Origin: an uncultured Caulobacterales bacterium | Lineage (GTDB): Bacteria; Pseudomonadota; Alphaproteobacteria; Caulobacterales; CAYPOX01 | Assembly: GCA_964412525.1 (NCBI GenBank) | Contig: CAYPOX010000005.1 | Coordinates: 1-50,611 of the forward strand | Reading direction: 5' to 3' | DNA length: 50,611 bases | Shown here: piece by piece, positions 1-9,903 of the stretch | Layout of the letters: every line of letters begins with the position of its first letter | Position numbering within the stretch: the stretch's first letter is position 1 | Made by a program: the position numbers and the translations under genes | The notes under the pieces: model-generated | What the model saw: only the letters and a program-made list of their open reading frames with translations | Database searches by the model: none | Told to the model about the DNA's origin: nothing

Positions 1-124
1 CGCCCTTTAAATCTGATCGATTGGACTTGAGAATTCCGCGCATAATTTCATCAAAAAGCGGCGCAATATTCTTCCACAATTCTTGTATGTCTTTTTCACC
101 TTTGGCGTCTCTGGAAATATCCAT
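1..124 (-). CDS. possible 5' part of a hypothetical protein running off the left edge
   Basis: ATG at 124-122 opens MDISRDAKGEKDIQELWKNIAPLFDEIMRGILKSNRSDLKG with no stop before the edge; AT-rich; no clear RBS. Confidence 0.35.
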   Translation of the reverse strand, partial: MDISRDAKGEKDIQELWKNIAPLFDEIMRGILKSNRSDLKG

Positions 125-511
125 GGTTGTTCACACAAATGAAGATACAGCCGATACTAAACTCAATCACCAAGCGTAGCCGAGACAGGAGCGTGTCGAA
201 ATCGTTTTTGGGTTCGAGATCGTGCAGGCGACCATATGCCTCGGCGCATCGCCGCTGACCTCTGCTCGGTGAGTGTGGATAAAATGTCATTCAAAATAAT
301 CATATGAGAGGAACAAACGAACTCACCGCAAAAGATGGTGAGCCAAGTTTTTTGTTTACTTTTGTCTTGGCGCCTTTGGCTGGGGATCGTGCGTGGCGCA
401 AATCGTGAATATTGGAATTGTGCTGAAAGCGGCGCGCCCTTGTCGGCTTGAATTGTCTCCAAATCGGATTCAGCCCACAATAGCGTTCATTTCGCGAGGA
501 GGGACGACGTC

Positions 512-2242
512 ATGAGCATTCCCAATCTGATCGGCGACGTGGAGTTCCTCATCGACGACGCCGTCATCGACGGCACCGGTTTTTTGGTCGGCCCCAACGA
601 TCTTCTGACCAATGCGCATGTGGTTTTGAACGACGACGCGACGCCGCTCGGTCAAACCTTCGACGTGCGTTTCGACAACGGCCGGGGCACGACCGCAACG
701 ATTGCGGGGTGGATTGAAGGCGACGCCGACGCTCTGGGCCAAGGCGTCGTGTTGCTGGGAGCCGACCAATATGACATCGCCCTTCTGACGTTGGCCGACC
801 CCCTTGGCGACGAGTTCGGCTTTTTTGAGTTGTCCGCCGACGCCATCGATCGGCGCACCGATCTGACGATCTCCGGGTTTCCCGCGGTCACCCGAGACGG
901 CGACACTCTCTTCATCGAAACGGTCGCCGACGTGGCCTATGACGCCGGCTTCCAACACATCCAATTCACCTCCCAGACGGCGGAAAGCGGCAGCAGCGGG
1001 AGCCCGTTGTTTTTTGAGGAGGACGGCGTTTTTACGGCGGTCGGCATCTACGCATCCGGAGGCGGACCGACGGAGAACTACGCCGGTTTGTTCAATCCGG
1101 ACACGCTCGACATCATCAATGGGTGGATCGCAGGCAATGACGCCGGCGAACCGCCCGCGACATCCGGCACGCCGATCCCGGACCGCGACCGAGTCGAGTC
1201 GACGACATTGTCCGAGGTCACATTGACGGTCGGTCGTGACGTCACGTCAGCGGTGGATTTCGACGGAGACGAGGACTGGTACGCCGTGACCCTTGAGGCC
1301 GGCGTCGCCTATGAGATCACCCTGCGCGGGCTGCCCAGCGGAGACGGTTCGCTGCAAGATCCGCTCTTGGCGGTGTTCGATGCGACGGGCGCACTGGTCG
1401 CCGCAAATGATGACGAAGGCCTGACCCTCAACAGCGCGCTCACCTTCACGCCGTCAACCACGGGGACCTTTTATGTGTCTGCGGGCGCGTTCTCGCCGAG
1501 CCAAGGAACCTACACGTTGAGCGTTTCCACGGGCGCCGCCCTCGCCGCCAATCCCACTGCGCTCGACGTGGCGGCCTTTGACGCCTCCTACTATCTGGGC
1601 AATGGCGGCAACGCCGATCTCCAGGCGGCCGGCGTCGCCACCCGGTCTGACGGGTTTTCGCATTGGTTCACGACTGGGTTCCAGGAAGCGCGCGTCTTCG
1701 CACCGCTCGTCAGCGAAAACGGCGTGTTCGACGACAGTTTCTATTTGGCGCAAGATCCCGCCATCCAATTCGAGATCGACCAGAACCCCGCGATCCTCAC
1801 GCCGCTGGATCACTATTTGCTGATCGGCTCCGCACAAGACGCCGTCAACGGGTCCGGCGGATTGCAACGCAATCCCAATGCGTTTTTCGATCCCGCAGCC
1901 TATCGGGCGGCCAACCCGGACGTCGCCGCGGCCGAGGATTTCTTCGGCAACGCCGTCGATCCTTTCGTCCATTATCTCCAATTCGGCGAACAAGAAATTA
2001 TTGACGGCCTGCGGCTTCTCGACGGACTGATCGGATGGGATCCAGGCTTCTACGCGGCGACCAATCCCGACGTCGCCGGTTTCGTGGACGCGGGGCCGGG
2101 CGCAAATTTGGGATTGGTCACCTATTTCCAGCACTTCGTCACGAAAGGCGCGGAAGAAGGCCGTGCGCCGACACCTTCCGGCGTGAGCGTGGTGACGCTC
2201 GACGAGCTGTCGATGGCGAGCCCCTTCGACGCGCTGATTTAA
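512..2242 (+). CDS. trypsin-like (V8-type) serine protease with PPC domain and C-terminal FDxxxY..NPDV/H-repeats
   Basis: Triad motifs GTGFLVG..LLTNAHVV, YDIALLTL and SGSSGSPL; PPC-like DEDWYAVTLEAG..ANDD..GTYTLSV; four C-terminal repeats; GGAGG RBS upstream. Confidence 0.85.
   Translation: MSIPNLIGDVEFLIDDAVIDGTGFLVGPNDLLTNAHVVLNDDATPLGQTFDVRFDNGRGTTATIAGWIEGDADALGQGVVLLGADQYDIALLTLADPLGDEFGFFELSADAIDRRTDLTISGFPAVTRDGDTLFIETVADVAYDAGFQHIQFTSQTAESGSSGSPLFFEEDGVFTAVGIYASGGGPTENYAGLFNPDTLDIINGWIAGNDAGEPPATSGTPIPDRDRVESTTLSEVTLTVGRDVTSAVDFDGDEDWYAVTLEAGVAYEITLRGLPSGDGSLQDPLLAVFDATGALVAANDDEGLTLNSALTFTPSTTGTFYVSAGAFSPSQGTYTLSVSTGAALAANPTALDVAAFDASYYLGNGGNADLQAAGVATRSDGFSHWFTTGFQEARVFAPLVSENGVFDDSFYLAQDPAIQFEIDQNPAILTPLDHYLLIGSAQDAVNGSGGLQRNPNAFFDPAAYRAANPDVAAAEDFFGNAVDPFVHYLQFGEQEIIDGLRLLDGLIGWDPGFYAATNPDVAGFVDAGPGANLGLVTYFQHFVTKGAEEGRAPTPSGVSVVTLDELSMASPFDALI
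1577..2170 (+). repeat. four tandem protein repeats (F/W)DxxxYxxxNPD(V/L)...H(Y/F/W)xxxGxxE
   Basis: FDASYYLGNGGNADL..HWFTTGFQE; FDDSFYLAQDPAI..HYLLIG; FDPAAYRAANPDV..HYLQFGEQE; WDPGFYAATNPDV..HFVTKGAEEGR. Confidence 0.8.
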
Positions 2243-2338
2243 GTCGGCCTGCGGCGAGGGTCCAAGCGCAGCTTGTGCGCGTCAATTATACTCAATTTGA
2301 GATTTGCTTAACGAAAGATCAACTTATCTAGCGTCTAA

Positions 2339-2356
2339 ATGTCATAAAAGTTTCAA
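2339..2356 (+). promoter_or_regulatory. candidate Pho box
   Basis: ATGTCAT-AAAA-GTTTCAA resembles CTGTCAT-N4-CTGTCAT, 27 nt upstream of a PstS-like gene. Confidence 0.55.
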
Positions 2357-2383
2357 TGATTCTTCGTCTCAAACTCAGCCCCC

Positions 2384-3136
2384 ATGGAGGTGCGATTGAA
2401 GAACTTCCTGTTGGCCGCGGGCGTCGCGTTTCTCGGATCCACCGCCGCCGCCGACGAACCGATCCGCATCGCCGGATCCGCCACCGTCGCGCAAACCTTG
2501 GTGGCCCCGCGGCTTTCGGTGATCGAGGCGATCGTCGGAGGCCCCATTGCGCTCGCCGCGACGAACTCGCGCGACGGCCTCCAGGCCTTGGTCGACGGCG
2601 ACGCCGACTTGGCCGTCATCTCCGCATCTTGGACCGCCGTCGCCGCGCGGGACGAGCAGTTGCGGAGCGCGTTGCGCGCCGTCTCGGCGGAACAGCACCT
2701 GATTGGCGCGTCTGAAGCGCGCATCGTGGTCAACCCTCGCCTGACCGCCCACACATTGGATCAAGAGCGCATCGCGTCCATCTTTCGCGGCGAGATCACA
2801 TCTTGGGCGGAAATCGGCGGCCCGGACGTGCCGATTTTGGTGCTCGCACCGCCGGCTGGAGAAGGGGCGCGCGTCACGCTTGAGCGCCACCTCTTGGACG
2901 GCGCCTCCATGACGGACAATGTGAGAGTGTTGGCCCGATCCAAAGACGTCGCGCGCGCGGTCGAGGCGCGCATCAACGCGATCGGCATCGTCGACGCGGC
3001 CGATCTGTCCGTCGGACAAGGCGCGCGTCCCCTCACGACGCAGGCAGGCCTGGGGCAACCGGTTTTTCTTGTGGTGACCGGAGAAGCGAAACCAGCGGTG
3101 CGCCGATTGTTGGCGCGCAGCAATGAGGTCTTTTAG
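2384..3136 (+). CDS. PstS-like substrate-binding protein (PBP domain)
   Basis: Signal peptide; IRIAGSATV, NSRDGLQALVDGDADLAVIS, IFRGEITSWAEIGGPD motifs typical of the phosphate-binding PBP family. Confidence 0.75.
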   Translation: MEVRLKNFLLAAGVAFLGSTAAADEPIRIAGSATVAQTLVAPRLSVIEAIVGGPIALAATNSRDGLQALVDGDADLAVISASWTAVAARDEQLRSALRAVSAEQHLIGASEARIVVNPRLTAHTLDQERIASIFRGEITSWAEIGGPDVPILVLAPPAGEGARVTLERHLLDGASMTDNVRVLARSKDVARAVEARINAIGIVDAADLSVGQGARPLTTQAGLGQPVFLVVTGEAKPAVRRLLARSNEVF

Positions 3137-3163
3137 CAAGGACGCAGCAGAGTCCGCCGCGCA

Positions 3164-3685
3164 TCATCCGGGCGCGGAGACATTTTCGCCGACGGCGGCC
3201 GCCTGAGGCTCCATCGGACACGCATCGTAGTTCGGCGCACGCGTCCATGTCCTCGTGCTGCCTAAAACAGAGACGCCCACATAGCCGCGGACTTTAAGAG
3301 ACTGGCCGCCATCCGCCACCGTCAGCTTTGCGGCGTACACCTCGCCGCTGCGCGGATCATAAATCTCGCCGGAACGCCACCGGCCGACGCCGTCGCGTTC
3401 AAAACCGCCGAGTAGAACGCGGCACTTGCAGATCGGTTCTGTGCGCATCGCTTCATCGGGATTCATCGCATCCCGCGCCGGCATGCCGTCATCGTCATAA
3501 GGCCGATCGAGCGAGACGACTCGACCGCAAATCGTGTCGCCGCATTGCTCGATCTCGATGACTTGGCCGCTCTCCGTCCGCCAATCGCCGATCACGGGGT
3601 CGTCCAAGCGGGCGGTCGCGTCGTTCGTCGCCGGCGACCACGCGCTCAAGGGGATCACGATCACTAAGAAGGCCGCCCGCAACAT
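3164..3685 (-). CDS. DUF2147 domain-containing secreted protein
   Basis: IGDWRTESG..IEIEQCGDTICGRVV..GEIYDPRSGEVY..LKVRGYVGVSVLGSTRTWTR; start moved to ATG 3685 (GGAG upstream, signal peptide follows). Confidence 0.85.
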   Translation of the reverse strand: MLRAAFLVIVIPLSAWSPATNDATARLDDPVIGDWRTESGQVIEIEQCGDTICGRVVSLDRPYDDDGMPARDAMNPDEAMRTEPICKCRVLLGGFERDGVGRWRSGEIYDPRSGEVYAAKLTVADGGQSLKVRGYVGVSVLGSTRTWTRAPNYDACPMEPQAAAVGENVSAPG

Positions 3686-4002
3686 CTCCGCTCCGACGCA
3701 ACTCGTTCCCGGAGGCTTCTCGTCCAACAGCTGTCCGCCGCGCCTCCTGGTCTGCAAGATGGACGCAAGCCGGTCTTGCTTCAACGGCAGGCCGTCGCCG
3801 CATCGGGTTCTTCGCGCGACCGGCACGTGGTTGAAACGTTCGAGTTGATCCGCGCCGTCCCCAGGCACGCGGCCTCCCCGCCGATCCACGTCCCACGCAT
3901 GACCTTGGAAAGATCGACATGGAACCGACGCAAAAGCGTTGCGATCGCGTCATGCAAATCGCGTATCCGCCGGTGCGTCTTGATGGGATGGGGGGCGACA
4001 TC

Positions 4003-6411
4003 ATGGTCAACACGGCTCAATTTGGCGTGCGCGCGGCGGTTCTTGCGGGTGCATCCGCAATGTCTTTGAACGCACATGCGCAGGAGAGTGCGGATTCGCG
4101 CGCGCTTACGATCGAAGATGAGATCATCGTCATCGGCGATGTTCCGGTGCGCAACCGTACGCTCGAGGTGAACCCGGAACTCAGCTACGACGTGCAGTTC
4201 TTCCAACGCTTCGAGCCGCTGTCCGTCGGTGATGCGCTGAAGCGCGTGCCGGGGGTCGCCTTCACCGCCGATGTCGGCGAGTTTGACGATCCGCAGTTGC
4301 GCGGTCTCGGCAACGGCTTCACGCAAATCCTGATCAATGGCGAGCCCGTGGCGGCGGCCGGCGGCGAATCCGGCACGCAACGCACGGTCTTTGTGGACCG
4401 GATCCCCGCGGAGCTGGTGGAGAAAATCGAGATCATCCGCAGCCCCAGCGCCGACATCGACTCCCAGGGCGTCGGCGGCACGATCAACATCGTGCTGAAA
4501 GAAGGCGAGAGCCTTCCGGCGGGCGGCTTCGTGCGCGGCGGCGGCGCCTATTTTCTGCCCAATGTCGACGGTGGCGACGGAGAATTTCGCGGCCTCGGCG
4601 GCGCCGGTTATTCCGGCAAAGCGATGGGCGGCAAGCTGACCTATACGGGCGTGTTCAACGTCCAAAGCCGCTACAACGCCAAGTTTCTGGTGCAAGAGGA
4701 ATTTTCGGCGGATCGCGGCGACGTGGAGACGGCGCGCGGCCTGCTCGCCTTTGACGGCGAGAATTCCGTGATCGGCGACGGCGAAGTCCGTCAGGTGCAG
4801 AACGACATCCGGCGCAATCTCGACATCTCCTTCAATGGCGATATCGGCTACCGCTTCGACGGAGGTCACCAGATCCAAGTGCGCGGCTTCTACATCCGCA
4901 CCGATCGCGAGGAGCGTGAAGACACGCTCGAATTCGAGGACGCGCCGGACAATCTCGTCGAAGTGGCCGCGCAGGACACCGAGTTCGACCAAGACAGCTA
5001 TGGCGGACAGGTGCGTTACGAGCATCGCCTGACCAGCAACATCGACATCATCGCCCGGGCCGGCGTGTCCTTCTTCGACAACACGCAAACCCAGCTCGAC
5101 CTGGTCGGCGATCCGGGCGATTTCGAAGCGATTGCGCCCACGGAACAGGAGTTCCGTGATGGTTTGAGCGTCGCGGATTTGCCCCTGGAGCGCGACGAAA
5201 CCGAATTGCTGGAGACCGAAGATTTGGACGCCTTTTACGCGCTGGAATCCGAAGCGCGTTTGAACGGCGTCGCCGACGCGCTCGGCTTCGAATCCTTCAG
5301 CCTGAAAGGCGGTTTCCAGGGCCGCATCCGCGATCGGGACAATCGCTTCGTCATCGCCGGCTTCGACGACGGCGTGCAGGAAGACTTTGAACCGGGCGAC
5401 ACGGGCGGCGAGTTTGAAATCCGCGAAACCCGCTTTGACGGATTCTTGCTCTCGGAGATGAACGTCAATCCGGCATTGTCGGTCGAACTCGGCGTGCGGA
5501 TCGAATACACCGACACGAGCCTTGACGGCTTTGCGGACGGCGAACCGCAAAGCACCGACCAAACCAACACCCAAGTGAACCCGTCCGCCCACTTGCGCTA
5601 TGCGGCGACAAATTGGGCGACGCTTCGCGCGAGCTACGCCCGGACGGTGCGCCGACCGGAATTCAACCAACGCATTCCGTTTCTGTTGTCGGAAACGCCG
5701 GATGACGAGGACCAAACGCTCGGCAATCCGGATTTGGATTTTGAAACCTCAAACGGCGTCGATGCGGGCGTGGAGTTCAATCTGCCCGGCAACGGCATTA
5801 TGGGATTCAACGCCTTCTACCGTAGCGTGAACGATCTCATTCAGCTGTCCGCGTTTCGCGACAATGAACTCGGCGGAAATGATTTTACGTTCCGAAATGT
5901 CGGCGACGCTGACATTTATGGTTTCGAATTCGATCTTTCAACATCGCTCCAAGGACTCGGCGCGCTGCTCAACACACGTTTTCTCGACAACACGGGCATC
6001 TTCGCCAACTATACTTACTTAGACTCAGAGCGCCGCGACGAATTCTCCGGCCGAGACGTCGAGATCAACGACCAACCGACCTTTGTGGCCAATGTCGGCT
6101 TGACTCAATCGATTCCGAGCTACGGCGTCGCCTTCGGCTTCAGCTATCAGCGTCAGGGCGAAGCGTTCTCCTACCAGCTCGATGAAATCCAGCGCACGAC
6201 CTATACGGCCAATTTGGAGGCGTTCGTCGAGAAGCGTTTCGGAGAGAATTTCGCGTTGCGCCTCACCGGCAACAACATCCTGGATGCGGAGAGCTTCCAA
6301 GAGGAGGAGAATTTCGACGGCTTGGTCAGCGAGGGCGAGTTGGACGGCTTTGAGATCGAGCGCGAAGAAGCCCAACAGCGCATCCTTCTCGTTCTGCGCG
6401 CGGCGTTCTAA
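4003..6411 (+). CDS. TonB-dependent receptor (phytase-associated)
   Basis: Signal peptide ending AHA-Q, TonB box EIIVIG, plug (DALKRVPGV..LRGLG..ILING..IEIIRSPSA), GNPDL, C-terminal Phe; ATG 4003 chosen (frame open from 3919). Confidence 0.9.
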   Translation: MVNTAQFGVRAAVLAGASAMSLNAHAQESADSRALTIEDEIIVIGDVPVRNRTLEVNPELSYDVQFFQRFEPLSVGDALKRVPGVAFTADVGEFDDPQLRGLGNGFTQILINGEPVAAAGGESGTQRTVFVDRIPAELVEKIEIIRSPSADIDSQGVGGTINIVLKEGESLPAGGFVRGGGAYFLPNVDGGDGEFRGLGGAGYSGKAMGGKLTYTGVFNVQSRYNAKFLVQEEFSADRGDVETARGLLAFDGENSVIGDGEVRQVQNDIRRNLDISFNGDIGYRFDGGHQIQVRGFYIRTDREEREDTLEFEDAPDNLVEVAAQDTEFDQDSYGGQVRYEHRLTSNIDIIARAGVSFFDNTQTQLDLVGDPGDFEAIAPTEQEFRDGLSVADLPLERDETELLETEDLDAFYALESEARLNGVADALGFESFSLKGGFQGRIRDRDNRFVIAGFDDGVQEDFEPGDTGGEFEIRETRFDGFLLSEMNVNPALSVELGVRIEYTDTSLDGFADGEPQSTDQTNTQVNPSAHLRYAATNWATLRASYARTVRRPEFNQRIPFLLSETPDDEDQTLGNPDLDFETSNGVDAGVEFNLPGNGIMGFNAFYRSVNDLIQLSAFRDNELGGNDFTFRNVGDADIYGFEFDLSTSLQGLGALLNTRFLDNTGIFANYTYLDSERRDEFSGRDVEINDQPTFVANVGLTQSIPSYGVAFGFSYQRQGEAFSYQLDEIQRTTYTANLEAFVEKRFGENFALRLTGNNILDAESFQEEENFDGLVSEGELDGFEIEREEAQQRILLVLRAAF

Positions 6412-6420
6412 GGTCCGATC

Positions 6421-7509
6421 ATGCTTCGCTCCGCCCCCGCCCCCGCCCCCGCCTTCAGCGCCGCGATCGCGCTCGCAGCCGCCGGCTGCGCCGCCGCTCC
6501 GCCTCCGCCGCCCGACTTCGCGGTCCCCGTGCTTGCCGTCACGGAGACGCAGGCGGTGGAAAGCCGTGACGACGCCGCCGACGACCCGGCTATCTGGCGC
6601 AATTCGGACGAACCTACCTCCAGCGTGGTCTTCGGCACGGACAAGCAAGCGGGCCTTTACGCCTATGATCTCGAGGGACGGATCATCGATTTCGTCCCCG
6701 TCGGTCGCGTCAACAACGCTGATCTTCGGTCGGGATGGCCCGGCGGGGACGGCCCTTTCGTGCTGATCGCCGCGACCGAACGCTCGCGAAAAGTCCTCGC
6801 CTTTCTGACCTTCGACCCGGAGACCCGCACGCTGACGCATCTGGCGGACCAGGAGCAGCCTTTGGACGTTTTGGATCCCTATGGCGTGTGCATGGGCAAG
6901 ATCGACGGTCCGGACGGCGTGGAGTTCCACGTCGTCGCCAACAGCAAGGACGGCGCATTCCGACAATTCGTCCTGGAGCCCACCGCCCAAGGCGGCGTTC
7001 GCGCCCGGGAGAACCGTCGATTCGCGTTCGACTCCATCGTCGAAGGCTGCGCGGTGGACGATCGCACAGGCGAGGTGTTCATCGGTGAGGAGATGGTCGG
7101 GGTCTGGCGGATGGACATCGCGCCCGGCACGAACGACACGCGAACGCCGTTCGCGATGATCGCCGATCATCCCCAATTGGCGGCGGATGTGGAGGGGATC
7201 GCCCTGGCGGCGGCGTCGCGGGGTGGCGGAACGGTCATCGTTTCCAGCCAAGGCAATTCGACCTTCGCCGCCTTCGACATGGACACCGGCCGTTATCTGG
7301 CGAGCTTTCAGATCCGCGCCGCCGCTGACGGATCGGTGGACGCCGTTTCCGGAACGGACGGAATCGACCTGATCCTCGGCGACTTTGGACCGCGTTATCC
7401 AGGCGGCCTGTTTGTTTCTCAGGACGACGTCAATGACGGGGCGGACACCCAAAACTTCAAGTTCACGCCCTGGGCGGCGATACGCGACGCCATCGGCCTC
7501 CAGCCCTAG
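6421..7509 (+). CDS. phy: beta-propeller phytase (3-phytase), predicted lipoprotein
   Basis: DAADDPAIW, GTDK..GLYAYDL, NNADLR, EGCAVDD, ADVEGIAL, SSQGNSTF, TDGID, QNFK motifs; lipobox LAAAGC. Confidence 0.92.
   Translation: MLRSAPAPAPAFSAAIALAAAGCAAAPPPPPDFAVPVLAVTETQAVESRDDAADDPAIWRNSDEPTSSVVFGTDKQAGLYAYDLEGRIIDFVPVGRVNNADLRSGWPGGDGPFVLIAATERSRKVLAFLTFDPETRTLTHLADQEQPLDVLDPYGVCMGKIDGPDGVEFHVVANSKDGAFRQFVLEPTAQGGVRARENRRFAFDSIVEGCAVDDRTGEVFIGEEMVGVWRMDIAPGTNDTRTPFAMIADHPQLAADVEGIALAAASRGGGTVIVSSQGNSTFAAFDMDTGRYLASFQIRAAADGSVDAVSGTDGIDLILGDFGPRYPGGLFVSQDDVNDGADTQNFKFTPWAAIRDAIGLQP
6433..6453 (+). repeat. in-frame hexamer repeat (GCCCCC)x3.5 encoding APAPAPA
   Basis: Read directly from the phytase signal-peptide n-region. 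Confidence 0.8.
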
Positions 7510-7556
7510 CATCCTGCAGGCTCTTTCCCGTTGGAGCTTGGAATTCCATAGTCGAA

Positions 7557-8639
7557 ATGCGAGTTCGATCCGAGTCGCCGCCGCTCTGGCCGGCGCATGG
7601 GATCGGGGGGATTTTGGCGCCGTCGCGACGATCTTTGGTGCGAAGTCTGGCGCATACGCCGACCGCGCTGTTTCCGATCGCCTTAGGTTGCGCGGGGCTG
7701 GGATCCGCGATGCGCACGGTCGCCGCGCAGGAGGCATGGCCTTTCCTTGACGGCGCGGGAATCGGCTTGTTGGCGTTGGGCGGCGCGGTTTTCGCGCTCG
7801 ACGTGATCCTTTACGCGGCAAAGATGGTCTATGCGCGGGACGCGTTTCGCGCGGATGACGGCGATGCGACCGACGCCAATCTTTTGGCCTCCGCCTTTAT
7901 GGCCGCCATGGTTTTGTGCGCGGAAAGCTACGACGCCGCGCCAGTCTGTCGCTGGCTGTGGATCGCGGCGGCGGCGGGGCACGCGGCGCTTCTCGCGCGC
8001 TTCGTCGGACGTTGGATGACCCAGGCTTTCGATCCTCTGGATCTGAACCCCACATGGTTTCTTCCCGCCGCCGGTCTCATGACGGTCGCCATGACCGATC
8101 GCGAATTTTGGCCTGCAAGCTTGACGTGGATCTGCTACGCCGCCGGCTTCGGTCTGTGGTTGGCGCTGATGCCGCAAGTCATGCGCCGCCTGGTGTTCGA
8201 GCCGCCGCTTCCGGCGCGCTTGCGGCCCACCACCATTCTCTTGGCGGCCCCGCCGGGTCTGGCGGCCCATGGTCTTTTCACGCTTGCGCCCGAGGCCCCT
8301 GCCTATGTGGCGGGCGCGTTCGCCTATTTCGGCGCGTTTCTCTTAGCCGCGCTGTTCGCGAGACCGCGCTTTCTCGCCCATGCAGGACCGACCCTGACGT
8401 GGTGGGCGACCACGTTTCCCACCGCCACCATCGCCTCGGCCCTCTCCGCGCTCGCCGCCCGGACGGGCGCCCTCGTCGATCGGCTTCTGGCGCTCGGCGT
8501 CCTCGTGCTTGCGGTCGCGTTCGCCTTTGCGGCCGCAGGGGCGACGATGCGTTTGACGTGGAGAACGCTGCTGGGCCGGAAAGTGGACGCCGACGCCGAA
8601 CTGGCGGCGATGCGGGGCGAGGCGTCCGGACCCCCGTGA
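7557..8639 (+). CDS. TDT/SLAC1 family (TehA-like) anion transporter
   Basis: About 10 hydrophobic segments; LFPIALGCAGLG, LNPTWFLPAAG, LPARLRPT..LAAPP, WWATTFP; start uncertain. Confidence 0.8.
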   Translation: MRVRSESPPLWPAHGIGGILAPSRRSLVRSLAHTPTALFPIALGCAGLGSAMRTVAAQEAWPFLDGAGIGLLALGGAVFALDVILYAAKMVYARDAFRADDGDATDANLLASAFMAAMVLCAESYDAAPVCRWLWIAAAAGHAALLARFVGRWMTQAFDPLDLNPTWFLPAAGLMTVAMTDREFWPASLTWICYAAGFGLWLALMPQVMRRLVFEPPLPARLRPTTILLAAPPGLAAHGLFTLAPEAPAYVAGAFAYFGAFLLAALFARPRFLAHAGPTLTWWATTFPTATIASALSALAARTGALVDRLLALGVLVLAVAFAFAAAGATMRLTWRTLLGRKVDADAELAAMRGEASGPP

Positions 8640-8676
8640 GCATCGCCGCCCGGTGCAAGGCCGGGCGGCGCGCAGA

Positions 8677-9198
8677 TCAGGCGGCGTCGCGCTTCGGCAA
8701 ACGCCAGTTCGGACGCACGAAATGGCAGGTGTAGCCGTTCGGACGGTGCACCAGATAGTCCTGGTGTTCCGGCTCCGCCTCCCAAAACGGTCCAGCGGGG
8801 GCGACCTCCGTCACCACCTTGCCCGGCCAAAGGCCGGAGGCCTCCACGTCGGCGATCGTGTCTTCAGCGACCGCCTTCTGCGCCTCGCTTCCATAGAAGA
8901 TCGCCGACCGGTATTGCGAACCGCGGTCATTGCCCTGTCGATCCTTCGTGGTCGGATCATGGATCTGGAAGAAGAACTCCAAGATCCGGCGATAATCCGT
9001 CTGGGTCGGATCAAACACGATTTCCACCGCCTCCGCATGACCGGTTCGGCCGGTCTTCACCTGGGTGTAGGTGGCGTTGGGCGTGGCGCCGCCGGAGTAA
9101 CCGACGCGGGTGGAGATCACGCCGCGTTGATTGCGGATCAAGTCCTGGACGCCCCAAAAGCAGCCGCCCGCCAAGATCGCCGTTTCCGTATTCGTCAT
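8677..9198 (-). CDS. msrA: peptide-methionine (S)-S-oxide reductase
   Basis: [42 protein letters not shown]; ATG overlaps the msrB stop. Confidence 0.97.
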   Translation of the reverse strand: MTNTETAILAGGCFWGVQDLIRNQRGVISTRVGYSGGATPNATYTQVKTGRTGHAEAVEIVFDPTQTDYRRILEFFFQIHDPTTKDRQGNDRGSQYRSAIFYGSEAQKAVAEDTIADVEASGLWPGKVVTEVAPAGPFWEAEPEHQDYLVHRPNGYTCHFVRPNWRLPKRDAA

Positions 9199-9650
9199 GC
9201 CGTCACTCCTTCGAAAAGATGCGCATAATCGACATAACCCTCCGCCTCCAGCCGATCGACGGGGATGAAACGGAGCGCCGCGGAATTGATGCAATAGCGC
9301 ATGCCGGTTTGATCCGCAGGGCCGTCCGGGAACACGTGGCCCAGATGGCTGTCGCCATGCTTGGAGCGCACCTCGACGCGAACCATGCCGTGACTCGTGT
9401 CCCTATGCTCGACGACGTTTTGCGGATCCACCGGGCGGACGAAACTCGGCCAGCCGCTGTGGCTGTCGAACTTGTCGGTGGAGGCGAAAAGCGGTTCCCC
9501 GGACACCACATCGACATAAAGGCCAGGCGCCTTGTTGTCCCAAAACGCGTTGCGGAACGGCGGCTCCGTGCCGTCCTCTTGCGTGACGCGATATTGCTCC
9601 GGCGTCAGCGCGGCGACCGCGGTCTCGGATTTCGCATAAGTCTTTGTCAT
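9195..9650 (-). CDS. msrB: peptide-methionine (R)-S-oxide reductase
   Basis: [36 protein letters not shown]; GAGGAGG RBS. Confidence 0.97.
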   Translation of the reverse strand: MTKTYAKSETAVAALTPEQYRVTQEDGTEPPFRNAFWDNKAPGLYVDVVSGEPLFASTDKFDSHSGWPSFVRPVDPQNVVEHRDTSHGMVRVEVRSKHGDSHLGHVFPDGPADQTGMRYCINSAALRFIPVDRLEAEGYVDYAHLFEGVTA

Positions 9651-9818
9651 CGTGACCTCCTCACCGGTTTCTCGGATCCTGTGCGATCCGCATCACCGTC
9701 GAGATCGGATGTAAGGTCGCAGCGCGGAGAAAAAACCAGCCGTCCGCCTATCGGTTCGATAGGTCGCCGGCCATCGGCGGATGTCCAACGCCGCGCGCTA
9801 TGCATTCCCGGCCCAAGA

Positions 9819-9835
9819 TATGCAAAATTTGCATA
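9819..9835. promoter_or_regulatory. perfect inverted repeat TATGCAAA-A-TTTGCATA in the msrB / TonB receptor divergent region
   Basis: 8-bp arms, 1-nt spacer, AT-rich in a GC-rich context; cognate regulator unknown. Confidence 0.5.
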
Positions 9836-9839
9836 GCTT

Positions 9840-9857
9840 TTGTCATGTGGGCGCCAT
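9840..9857 (+). promoter_or_regulatory. weak candidate Pho box
   Basis: TTGTCAT-GTGG-GCGCCAT, 11-bp periodic CAT, upstream of a TonB receptor. Confidence 0.3.
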
Positions 9858-9903
9858 GCAGCGCGGGTAGATGATCCTTTCTTCATATGGGGCGGGGGTC
9901 AGT

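Noticed and set aside
284-303. ATGTCAT...AATCAT as a Pho box upstream of the protease
   Set aside because: Half-site period is 13 bp, not 11
3781-5715. 644-aa minus-strand ORF
   Set aside because: Antisense shadow of the TonB receptor; no recognisable motifs; expected in high-GC DNA
6025-7821. 598-aa minus-strand ORF
   Set aside because: Antisense to the receptor end, phytase and TDT start; Arg/Gly-rich with no motifs
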